Source: a virus (taxonomy: Duplodnaviria > Heunggongvirae > Uroviricota > Caudoviricetes). Taken from it: DNA of 64,000 nt. Within the stretch, counting starts at the first letter, position 1. The number at the start of each line of letters is the position of its first letter. The stretch is taken from IMG/VR virus record IMGVR_UViG_3300028454_000679; one strand, 5' to 3'. The notes below the pieces were generated by a model. The model did not search any database and had not been told where the DNA came from. It saw only the letters and a program-made list of their open reading frames with translations. Both the position numbers and the translations under genes were made by a program. Shown in pieces: positions 1 to 8,790 of the stretch.

Positions 1-195
1 GTCCTGATCTTCTAACTCTGAAGGGCTATCCACTCCACTAGAGCTAACTGAACTGTTAGTAGTTACTTTGTTATAATCACTAGGCTGATTTTGTGGAGTA
101 TCCAAGCTAGGTACTCTAGAGTTCAATCGCAGTATGAGAATAACTAGAACTATTATGGTTACACTTAAAACACCTATAAGAAATTTCTTCATAAC

Positions 196-804
196 TTAAC
201 CTCGCGGCATTGCAAGCATAAGTATTTCAAAAGCCACTAAAAAGCCCCCTGTGAGTTCCAGAGCCTTATTCACTGGTCCATTAGCTTTACATACCTTTAA
301 GCAGTATCGCTGCGGTAGTGGATAAAGGTACTGGCATCCCTTGGTATTCAGAACATCAAGTCCTAAATGGGCAGCGTATGACACAACGAAACCGAAAGTT
401 GCAAGTGACCCAATAGCTAAACCACGGACTATAAGATAAAACGAAATACTGAAAAGGGCTGTGGCGAGTATAGAGTGTGTGAAACCTCTATGGGGTTGTT
501 TCGCACCAAAAACGGTCATTGCACCAAAAAGTAGCACACCAACAAGTTCCAGCGGTGTCCCGGTAATTCCTGTACTACTCACTCTTGATAAGTAGACAAA
601 ACCAATAACAGAAGCTACAATACCGTAAATAGCATACTTGTAGGTTTGCCTTGCAGCACCAACATCAACATCTGGTAAAGTAGATGCAACTGTTGCTGCT
701 CCTAAAATAGTAGCAATATCCATAGGCTGTATACTAGGCAGAGCTACTGATGCAACACCAAGTGCTGTTGCACAGCCAATCGCTGTATGAGTCTTTCCTG
801 TCAT
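196..804 (-). CDS. membrane-bound metal-dependent hydrolase-like protein (YdjM/DUF457-like)
   Basis: Multi-TM protein with a conserved His (GKTHTAIG). Start refined to the Met at 804, which has a GGAGGA RBS upstream; the upstream part of the ORF overlaps the next gene. Confidence 0.4.
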   Translation of the reverse strand: MTGKTHTAIGCATALGVASVALPSIQPMDIATILGAATVASTLPDVDVGAARQTYKYAIYGIVASVIGFVYLSRVSSTGITGTPLELVGVLLFGAMTVFGAKQPHRGFTHSILATALFSISFYLIVRGLAIGSLATFGFVVSYAAHLGLDVLNTKGCQYLYPLPQRYCLKVCKANGPVNKALELTGGFLVAFEILMLAMPRG

Positions 805-853
805 AATTCCTCCTACAAAAAAGAGACCCTCACGGGTCTCTCCTAATTCTAGT

Positions 854-1432
854 TTACTTTGTAAATACGTCGCTAGTCCCAAGGTTATAAAGTTTTGGCA
901 TATAGTCAGACAACTCAACGACCTGCTGTAGAACCTCTGACGACAATTCAACACTACCACCGCACTTTAAATCAGCTAAATCCTTGTAGAGGATAAAATT
1001 ATTCTTAATATTACATAAATCGCCGATATAGTTTATACGGTCGGAGTGTGTTATAGCATTCTTGATACTCAGAACTGGAGCATTTAAACTCTTATGCAAC
1101 CTTAAAAGCGACGTTATATGTTTCCCGCCTTTTACAAACTCATTAATCTTATTCTCAAGCTCTGTTACCTCAGTATGCTCTGGCTGAGCAAGAACCTTCT
1201 CACAGATTGGAGTAATAACAGTATACTTAAGCTTCTCCGGGAAGTAGCCATAAAACTGCACTAAGTCCAAGTTAATAGGCTCTTCCTCAAAAAGATTAAA
1301 AATAACATCGTCTGACTTGATAACACTAAAATCAATACTATCCGGAGTTACAAAGGACGCTTCCACTCCGAAAGCATCCTTAACCTCCTCTACATACTCA
1401 CTTAAATCTTTGTCTGAAATAATAAATAACAT
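854..1432 (-). CDS. hypothetical protein
   Basis: 192-aa ORF, co-directional and tightly packed, with no recognisable motif. Confidence 0.35.
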   Translation of the reverse strand: MLFIISDKDLSEYVEEVKDAFGVEASFVTPDSIDFSVIKSDDVIFNLFEEEPINLDLVQFYGYFPEKLKYTVITPICEKVLAQPEHTEVTELENKINEFVKGGKHITSLLRLHKSLNAPVLSIKNAITHSDRINYIGDLCNIKNNFILYKDLADLKCGGSVELSSEVLQQVVELSDYMPKLYNLGTSDVFTK

Positions 1433-1434
1433 AG

Positions 1435-2844
1435 TTACCTCTTAAACTTCACGATCTTGCCAAGGGATTCGAGCATATCGCATTCATCCGTATATTTTAA
1501 GACAAACATCGTTTTCTTTCTTATTTTATTTGGTACAGTGAAGTTAGTTCTGAAACACCCATCCGTAAACACAACATAGCATACATCATGCTTGCAATTC
1601 TCTTGAATATACTCTGTGACCCGTTGGTAGTTAGTTCCACCTGACTCAAACTGTATTGTCTTAGCTAAGCGTGGAATATCTGCCTCTGTCAAATCTAGGA
1701 ACTCTTTGTATACCTTAGTATTCCAAAGATACAGAGATACAGTGCACTTGTAAGACACACAGAGGTCTAAAGCTGTTGATAGAAAAAACTCCACATCCTC
1801 CTGAGTCATTGAGCCAGAAGTGTCCAAAAAGAGTCCTACATTATTGAATCTATCAACAGGACATGGACCTGGCATAACCAACTCATACGGTATATAATGC
1901 CTGTCTGGTGTTTGGAAGGAACTATCCTCTAGGGCAGTATGTTGAGAAAGGAACTTACGTAAATACTTATCCCAACGAATCCTCTCAACCTTAAACAGTT
2001 TTGACAACTGATACATGGCACCACCTTGACACAACTCGGAATAGTCCTTAATAAGTGACTCTGTGAAATTGTCCATAGCGAAGGAATTCATACTATCTTC
2101 CCCACACTCGTTTACTGGTGTGAATAAATCATTGAAGCCAAAATCGTCTGGGTTATCATCATCACTATGTTGTCCCTGAGTACTCCCTGCACTACCTTGA
2201 TTGTCTCCATTCTGCTGACTGTTGCCTTGGTTGTCTTCATCCTGCTGACTATTGCCTTGAGAATCACTCTGCTGACCGCCATCACCACCACTAAAAACTG
2301 CACTCTGTGAGAGACCACGTGGCACAGGCTGCTGGTCTGCTTCTGCTAAAAGTTTTGCGTAAAGTTGCTCTAAAGTGACTTCCTCAAGATCCTCTAAATT
2401 ACCATCAGCATCTTTCAGCAAAAGAGCATGGCTAGGGACTGTACAAAGCTTTTCAGCAGCTACCTCAGTTTTTATATCATTCTGAAGATGCCAGTTAACC
2501 ATATAATCAGCAGCTATATTAAATAGTTCATGATTATAGGATGGTATGTCTTTAGCACGTACAAGATGCCTAAACATAATATGGTACACTTCATGCAGAA
2601 CAACAAATGCGAACTCCTCATCAGTGAGTGTGTTCGCAAAGTCAGCATTTATATAAAGGTGCTTAGTGTCAACTGCCATAGTGGGAATTGTAGAATAAAG
2701 CTTATCCCCTTGCTGTAAAACTGTAGGGTCTCCTAACTTCAGTGTAGCGACACCAAACCACTTCGTTTCTAAAAATAGTCTGGTTCGAATATCATGAAAC
2801 CGCTTTTCTATTGATCTAGCGTTTATTTTAGTCACCTCCATCAC
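1435..2844 (-). CDS. VWA-domain protein with N-terminal HExxH metallopeptidase-like domain (DUF2201-type partner of MoxR ATPases)
   Basis: HEVYHIMFRH (HExxH) in the N-terminal half and DTSGSM (DxSxS MIDAS motif) in the C-terminal half. It lies in the same gene array as a MoxR-like AAA+ ATPase. Confidence 0.65.
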   Translation of the reverse strand: MMEVTKINARSIEKRFHDIRTRLFLETKWFGVATLKLGDPTVLQQGDKLYSTIPTMAVDTKHLYINADFANTLTDEEFAFVVLHEVYHIMFRHLVRAKDIPSYNHELFNIAADYMVNWHLQNDIKTEVAAEKLCTVPSHALLLKDADGNLEDLEEVTLEQLYAKLLAEADQQPVPRGLSQSAVFSGGDGGQQSDSQGNSQQDEDNQGNSQQNGDNQGSAGSTQGQHSDDDNPDDFGFNDLFTPVNECGEDSMNSFAMDNFTESLIKDYSELCQGGAMYQLSKLFKVERIRWDKYLRKFLSQHTALEDSSFQTPDRHYIPYELVMPGPCPVDRFNNVGLFLDTSGSMTQEDVEFFLSTALDLCVSYKCTVSLYLWNTKVYKEFLDLTEADIPRLAKTIQFESGGTNYQRVTEYIQENCKHDVCYVVFTDGCFRTNFTVPNKIRKKTMFVLKYTDECDMLESLGKIVKFKR

Positions 2845-2862
2845 TTTACATATTTAGCACAG

Positions 2863-3612
2863 TTACGACTTTTGAAAGCGTTTTTTGCACCATGCTTGTA
2901 GCTCCCCAGAAGCAAGTGAATCTTCAGTGTATGGGTGGAATAAGTTACTACCAAGAAAAATCTTAGTTGTTCTTGCAGGAGGTAGCATAGGAAAAGTACT
3001 GAGGTTAACACTACTGATTTTAGTATTACAAAACATCCACCTTGCTGATTCTATATTACTAAAATCCGCATAATCCCAAGTAATACTTTGCACCCCACTA
3101 TTCTGGAACATACCCTCTACATACTTAATATAGCATCCTCTGAAATCTGTAAAATTAATATCCTCTGCTTTGGCATCCACAAAAAGCCCATTTAGCGAAG
3201 TAATACTGGGCTTGTCAAAAGAGCTAGACAAAATAATATGCTGTGAGAATTCAGATAATCTTTTAATTGACAGAAAATCAGTTGGCCTTATATAAGTCTT
3301 TGAAAAATCAAGTGTTATAAAGTTTAAACACAGAGGTAGCAACCACCAATGACTACCTACAATTGTAGAAGTTCTAGTATTAACATACAATGGAATTGTG
3401 TTGCACACCTCTACTGTACCAGTTTTACCCCAGCTGGCTGGCATTAGACCTATTAAACCATTCTTATAGTCAACAATCTGAATACCCTGCTCTAAAAGCT
3501 TTTCTTGTTTCTCCAGGATTGTAGGTAAGTGGAGAGCGTAATCCTTACCCTCGCACTGCCAGTAAGTTAACCCCTTTAACTCCAATGCTTTTACTTGTTC
3601 TTCTGTTAGCAT
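2863..3612 (-). CDS. DUF285/BspA-like repeat protein, paralog 1 of 4
   Basis: N-terminus MLTEEQVKALELKGLTYWQCEGKDYAL is shared with 3615..4679. Repeats of the FTDFRGCYIKYVEGMF / ITWDYADFS / MFCNTKISSVNLSTF type (MF..C..L..W-D) are present. Confidence 0.45.
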   Translation of the reverse strand: MLTEEQVKALELKGLTYWQCEGKDYALHLPTILEKQEKLLEQGIQIVDYKNGLIGLMPASWGKTGTVEVCNTIPLYVNTRTSTIVGSHWWLLPLCLNFITLDFSKTYIRPTDFLSIKRLSEFSQHIILSSSFDKPSITSLNGLFVDAKAEDINFTDFRGCYIKYVEGMFQNSGVQSITWDYADFSNIESARWMFCNTKISSVNLSTFPMLPPARTTKIFLGSNLFHPYTEDSLASGELQAWCKKRFQKS

Positions 3613-3614
3613 AG

Positions 3615-4679
3615 TTATTCCTTGTCATAAACCTGCATAAGAAGATACACAAACTCATCAGTATACTTCTCTAGGCTTACATCGTCTGGTACAACAACCC
3701 TAGGCTTTATCCAAAAAAGGAAGCGTGCTATAACATCATAGTCAATTTTGAGAAACACTTTAAAAAGGTCATCAACATCAATACCGTCCTTGCTATAAAC
3801 AATTACAGTGTCCTCACTCATCTTAAAGTAAAGGTCGTCCTTTACAACAACACGCAAAAAGTTATCCCAAAAGTCCTCTTTGATAACGTATAGTGAAATG
3901 GAACTGCTTCTCTGCACTGCGGTGTACAAACACCCATAGGTCTTTCTACACATTTTCTGTAATTCCCCAGAAGCAAGTAAGCTTTCGGAGTATGGGTAAG
4001 TTAAGTTACTACTAAGAAAAATACCACTCATTGCTTCAAAAGACATCATAGGGAAAGTACCGAGATTAACATTCTTAATATCAGCTCCCCAAAACATACC
4101 AATTGCTGATTCCACACCACTAAAATCTACATAATCCCACGTAATATTCTGTACCTTACTACGCGCAAACATATGGTCTACATTCTTAACGTAGAGTCCT
4201 CTGAAATCTGTAAAATTGACATCCTCTGCTTCAGAACCTCTGAACAGTCCTGTCAGTGAAGTAATGCCTGGTTTATCTAAAGAGTTGGACAAAATAACAT
4301 GTTGTGAATGTTTGGCTAACCTGTTGATTGTTTTGATATCAGTTTGCCTTATATAGGTTTTTGAAAGATCAAGTGTTATAAAATTTGAGCATAGAGAATT
4401 GCCCCAGCTGTAATTATCTACGATTGTAGAAGTTTGCGTGTCAATATCCAATGGGATTGTATTACACACATCTACTGCAACAGTTCCAGGTTTGCACCAA
4501 CTGGCTGGTACTAAACGGATTACATTACCAGAAGCATTAAGAACCTGAATACCCTGTTCTAAAAGCTTTTCTTTCTTGTCTAAAATAGTCTTTAGGTCCA
4601 GTGCATAATCCTTACCTTCACACTGCCAGTAAGTTAACCCCTTTAATTCCAATGCCCTTACTTGCTCCTCTGTAAACAT
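3615..4679 (-). CDS. DUF285/BspA-like repeat protein, paralog 2 of 4
   Basis: N-terminal ~60 aa nearly identical to paralog 1 (MFTEEQVRALELKGLTYWQCEGKDYAL). Same FTDFRG / ITWDYVDFS repeat pattern, with a longer C-terminal extension. Confidence 0.45.
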   Translation of the reverse strand: MFTEEQVRALELKGLTYWQCEGKDYALDLKTILDKKEKLLEQGIQVLNASGNVIRLVPASWCKPGTVAVDVCNTIPLDIDTQTSTIVDNYSWGNSLCSNFITLDLSKTYIRQTDIKTINRLAKHSQHVILSNSLDKPGITSLTGLFRGSEAEDVNFTDFRGLYVKNVDHMFARSKVQNITWDYVDFSGVESAIGMFWGADIKNVNLGTFPMMSFEAMSGIFLSSNLTYPYSESLLASGELQKMCRKTYGCLYTAVQRSSSISLYVIKEDFWDNFLRVVVKDDLYFKMSEDTVIVYSKDGIDVDDLFKVFLKIDYDVIARFLFWIKPRVVVPDDVSLEKYTDEFVYLLMQVYDKE

Positions 4680-4681
4680 AG

Positions 4682-5461
4682 TTATGCCTCCTGTTTCTTA
4701 CACCACTGTTGTAATGTTCCTGTTGTAACAGCCTCTTCAGTAAATTGATAGGATAGTGAACTATTGTGAAAGATACCCTGACACTGCTCTGCACTCAGAA
4801 GAGGTAGAGAACTTAAATTCACATAGTTACACCCTCTAAAAGACTTGAAGGCATTTTTAGCACTACTGACACTCTGCAGTGAGGCATGCTTCCAAATAAA
4901 GTCACCTGCGTAAACACAATTGAAAGCATCATCTAAAGTCTGCAAGTACTTGCCAGTGAAGTCAGTAAAGTCTAGGGACTCAAAGTATCCACCCTCAAAG
5001 ATAGCCAACTCTGTAATATCAGGTTTATCAAAAGACTTCCCTAGCACAACACCACTCCGAGTATTCTGTGCGAAGAACCGAACGGTCTGCAAATCCTCAG
5101 GATGCACAAAGAATTCCCTAGCGTCGAAAGGTGGCAGAGGTGATGTGAAGCACAGGCAATCATCTGAAAGGTCTAGAGTGTAACTACACTGCTTAAGAGT
5201 CCTTGAATCAATAAACATTGGTAAAGTGGTGACATTGTGTGACTTGTAAGTATAACTAAAAGTTCCCTCATTACCAACAATCATAACCCCTTTTGGTGCT
5301 AACCCTATAACACCATTGCAGTCAGTTAATACTTCCAGACCCTGTAAAGCACTCAAGCATTGCGGTAAGTCGTTAGGATTGATTACAACATCCTTACTCT
5401 CAAATTGCCAGTAAATTCTGCCTGTGGCTTCAAGGGCTTTTACTTGTTCGTAACTAAGCAT
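4682..5461 (-). CDS. DUF285/BspA-like repeat protein, paralog 3 of 4 (divergent)
   Basis: N-terminus MLSYEQVKALEATGRIYWQFESKD. Motifs DFTDFTGKYLQTLDDAF and a C-terminal LQQWCKK tail are shared with paralogs 1 and 2. Confidence 0.4.
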   Translation of the reverse strand: MLSYEQVKALEATGRIYWQFESKDVVINPNDLPQCLSALQGLEVLTDCNGVIGLAPKGVMIVGNEGTFSYTYKSHNVTTLPMFIDSRTLKQCSYTLDLSDDCLCFTSPLPPFDAREFFVHPEDLQTVRFFAQNTRSGVVLGKSFDKPDITELAIFEGGYFESLDFTDFTGKYLQTLDDAFNCVYAGDFIWKHASLQSVSSAKNAFKSFRGCNYVNLSSLPLLSAEQCQGIFHNSSLSYQFTEEAVTTGTLQQWCKKQEA

Positions 5462-5481
5462 CTTGTACCTCCACTGTAATG

Positions 5482-6765
5482 CTAAATAATAGTAAGACCA
5501 CTGAAAATATCATCCACAGATTCAACTGCTTGCTGAGCCACTTGAGGCTGCTGAGCTGGCTGTGGTGCAGTGTTCGACGGTTGTACCAATTGCTGAGTAG
5601 ACTGTTGTGATATACCTGCAAAAACACCTGACTGCTGAACACTCTCTGGCTGTGGTGCTAATACATCAGGCGTAGTGTTGCTGTAAACATCACTAAGTGT
5701 GCTAGCCAAGTCACTAACACTGGAAGCATCAGCCAAAAGTGCTCTTTGAGTCACCTCAGGATCCACAGAAGAAATCGCCTGCACAAGAGATGCTTCAACC
5801 TCAGCTGACAACTGGTGTGCCCACTTTGAGATATTGTTATGTGCTAATACTCTAACATCCATATCAAATTCATCCGACTTACAAACATTAGAGTAAATAG
5901 AGATAATACTCTCAACAACAAACTGTCTAGTAGCTGCGTCAGTAGGTACTGCTGGATTCTCACCTGCTATAACTTCCTCAGCAGTTTGCTCGTTTGCGAA
6001 TAACTTTGCATACTTGTAAAACTCATAACCCAGAGTCTCCCCAACACACGCACAGATTTTATTCATAACGATAGTAGAGTTAATATCCCCTGCAACATTC
6101 AAAGTATCAGAAACACGTTTCCAAGTTCTCGGTGATGCGAATACAATCTCGTCCTCATTCTCCGACTGAGTATGCAGACTTGTAGGATGCGATTCTATAT
6201 AGGACGTCACAAGTGGGTTTACACCTTTACCATCCTTACCGCGGTAAACACGGGCATAATCCTCTACCCAGACTTTAGCATCCATCTGCACATTGTAAAT
6301 CTCAAAACGGTTTGCTAATGGTGCAGCTAACTCTTCATAGACACCACCATCGTCCTCCCCATTTCCTAAAGCAATAATAACAGTGTCATCAGGTAGGAAG
6401 TGTCTTCCAAGGCGTCTGTCCAACACAAGCTGGTAAGCAGCAACCTGTACACGTTTTGTAGCTGAAGTAATTTCATCCAAAAGTAGGATAGTCTTTGGAC
6501 CGCCCTCCTTTGGAAACCAATCCGGAATAAGCCAAGTGGTTTCTGTACGAGTTTCATTGGGGTAAATAAGTCCGCACAACTCAACTTCAGACATCTGTGC
6601 CAAACGTAAATCCTCCACGTGATACCCAAGTTCTCTACCAATCTGTTGAATAATCTCAGACTTTCCGATACCAGGTGCACCTAAACCCAAGATAGGTTGC
6701 TTTAATCCACTCTTGATTGTAAATTCAATAATCGACTTAAATTCCCTTGTGTTAATTGATCGCAT
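5482..6765 (-). CDS. MoxR-like AAA+ ATPase
   Basis: Walker A LGLGAPGIGKSE and Walker B ILLLDEITS. Core of ~300 aa followed by a Q/P-rich C-terminal tail. Adjacent to the VWA partner gene. Confidence 0.75.
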   Translation of the reverse strand: MRSINTREFKSIIEFTIKSGLKQPILGLGAPGIGKSEIIQQIGRELGYHVEDLRLAQMSEVELCGLIYPNETRTETTWLIPDWFPKEGGPKTILLLDEITSATKRVQVAAYQLVLDRRLGRHFLPDDTVIIALGNGEDDGGVYEELAAPLANRFEIYNVQMDAKVWVEDYARVYRGKDGKGVNPLVTSYIESHPTSLHTQSENEDEIVFASPRTWKRVSDTLNVAGDINSTIVMNKICACVGETLGYEFYKYAKLFANEQTAEEVIAGENPAVPTDAATRQFVVESIISIYSNVCKSDEFDMDVRVLAHNNISKWAHQLSAEVEASLVQAISSVDPEVTQRALLADASSVSDLASTLSDVYSNTTPDVLAPQPESVQQSGVFAGISQQSTQQLVQPSNTAPQPAQQPQVAQQAVESVDDIFSGLTII

Positions 6766-7795
6766 TGAAACCTCCTAAACTTAACAACTCTTTTTCTTCC
6801 TCTGTTATTTCATCTTTAAATTTGAAAGCAAACCCACCTGCCGTCTCTTGAAATGGATACTGCTTTAGACCCTGAAAATACACATTTGGTATCTCCTGTG
6901 TAAAAATACCTAAGCTGTCTGAAATATATAAACAACTTCGTTCAAATTCCTTCTCATAATACTTATTGAAAGCATCCATTGACGTAAAACGTGTGAACAG
7001 ATTATCTTTGTGCTTGAAACAATTGCTAAACTTAACAGTCTCTGGGAATGTACTGATATCAGCACCTAATTGACGATGGAAGGAATCCTCAACTACCCTC
7101 AGATTCTTCGGATTAAAATTTCTCCAGACTACACTAGTTCTGTAGGAGCTATTCATAAATCGATAAATCCTCTCCAAACACTCACCAGTGAAATCAGTAA
7201 AATCGATACCATCATAATGACGATTGTTAGCAAATGTTAGCTCCTTAGCGTTATTAAAAGATGCTCCTAATTCAAGATAGCACACGCTATCTGACAAGGT
7301 GCGATAAAGCTCAGGTAGAGCAAATCCCTCATACCACTCTATCTTATTCACATTCAAGTCGATAATAGTTCTATGATGGTTGAGAGTGAGTTGCGGTACA
7401 AATCCAGTAAGGTTAAAATCTGTATCAAGTGCAACAGGAAGCATTGTGATAATCTTGGACCCATTAGATCTTGCCTTCTCCCATTTTTTGTAGGCATTTT
7501 TATCACCATCTAACCAGTCAACAATAACCTGGTCATTGAAACTCTTTGGAGAAAACACACTAAAACTACAGGTGCCAGTTGGAATCATCTCAAAAGGATT
7601 AAAGAAAACAAACTTATCTCTCGTTTTATAAACTGCAAGACTGTAATCCTTAGCGAACTGTACAATGTTCTCTGGCTTAAGATGATGCTTTGACACAAAG
7701 ATACCACCTTTTATTGGTAGATAGATAAAACCACGGAGTCTCATTGCCTGTTTAATTGATTCATCAACCATTAGTAACCTCCACCTCTGAACCAT
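6752..7795 (-). CDS. DUF285/BspA-like repeat protein, paralog 4 of 4 (divergent, no shared N-terminus)
   Basis: DFTDFTGECLERIYRFMNSS and WRNFNPKNL-type repeats resembling paralogs 1-3. Located upstream of the MoxR gene. Confidence 0.35.
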   Translation of the reverse strand: MVQRWRLLMVDESIKQAMRLRGFIYLPIKGGIFVSKHHLKPENIVQFAKDYSLAVYKTRDKFVFFNPFEMIPTGTCSFSVFSPKSFNDQVIVDWLDGDKNAYKKWEKARSNGSKIITMLPVALDTDFNLTGFVPQLTLNHHRTIIDLNVNKIEWYEGFALPELYRTLSDSVCYLELGASFNNAKELTFANNRHYDGIDFTDFTGECLERIYRFMNSSYRTSVVWRNFNPKNLRVVEDSFHRQLGADISTFPETVKFSNCFKHKDNLFTRFTSMDAFNKYYEKEFERSCLYISDSLGIFTQEIPNVYFQGLKQYPFQETAGGFAFKFKDEITEEEKELLSLGGFNAIN

Positions 7796-8747
7796 CCAAT
7801 GCCCGCACTACAGTAAAGACATTAGCACTTTTGATTTCCTTGACATACCCAATAGAGCCATCTTCAAATATATACTCATCACCTGCTGACATGGTAGCCA
7901 GGTTAGAGGCAAATGCCTCTGCAATACCCTTATCAAATAGTGTTCCAGAATTCTCTCTAATATAACTTAAAGCTTGTACACATGTGTCAGCCTTTTTGTA
8001 AATTCTGTCTGAGACAAGTGCGTCATAGCAATCCACAATTCTTAAGATTCTCCCATAAATAGGAATCTTTGTACCTACAAGATTGTATGGGTACCCTGAC
8101 CCATCAAAGTTCTCATGATGAGTAAGGACAGCGTACTTAATCTCCTTAGACAAGTTAGCATTGTCCTTAATCATATTGAATCCAACAACAGGGTGCGATT
8201 GTATGCACTCTCGCTCCTCGTCCGTAAATCTGCCTTTCTTCCACATAACATTAGAAGGAATCATCTGCTTACCCAAATCATGTAAAAGACCGGCAATAGC
8301 AAGATCGTAAACCCTAGGTGTTTCCAGACCCAGTCGTATACCAAGTGCCGCTGCGTAGACTGCTACATTAACAGAGTGATTGAATGTGTATGAATCAAAA
8401 ACACACAAGTTCATAAGATTGCTCGTAATAAAACCTCTATCGTTGATAAGTAGCTCAGATGCTATTCTGTTTGCGTAAACAACACAGGCATCAAAGTTCA
8501 TAGACCTAAGAGCATGAATTGTCTCTGCTCTCGTCTTTACAGATATAGTCCCTTCCGCAACGCTTGTTACATCATCCAAGATACACACTTGACTGAAACC
8601 ACGTTTTTGTAGTAACTCTATGTCAGCATTGGTCAACTCGTCGTCTGCGTTTAAAGCAATACCGCCATTGAGATTATAGATAGGAAGAGCTAATCTGTCC
8701 TTTTCACACAATTCCTCAGTTTGGACAAAATGCATAATAATCTCCAT
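7764..8747 (-). CDS. HD-GYP domain phosphodiesterase (cyclic (di)nucleotide phosphodiesterase)
   Basis: LLHDLGK (HD motif) and HHENFDGSGYP (HD-GYP signature) in the C-terminal half. The N-terminal ~150 aa are of unknown function. Confidence 0.75.
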   Translation of the reverse strand: MEIIMHFVQTEELCEKDRLALPIYNLNGGIALNADDELTNADIELLQKRGFSQVCILDDVTSVAEGTISVKTRAETIHALRSMNFDACVVYANRIASELLINDRGFITSNLMNLCVFDSYTFNHSVNVAVYAAALGIRLGLETPRVYDLAIAGLLHDLGKQMIPSNVMWKKGRFTDEERECIQSHPVVGFNMIKDNANLSKEIKYAVLTHHENFDGSGYPYNLVGTKIPIYGRILRIVDCYDALVSDRIYKKADTCVQALSYIRENSGTLFDKGIAEAFASNLATMSAGDEYIFEDGSIGYVKEIKSANVFTVVRALDGSEVEVTNG

Positions 8748-8790
8748 TCAAGATTTTATAGTAATACTGGTAATGCTTTAAACTAAGTAG

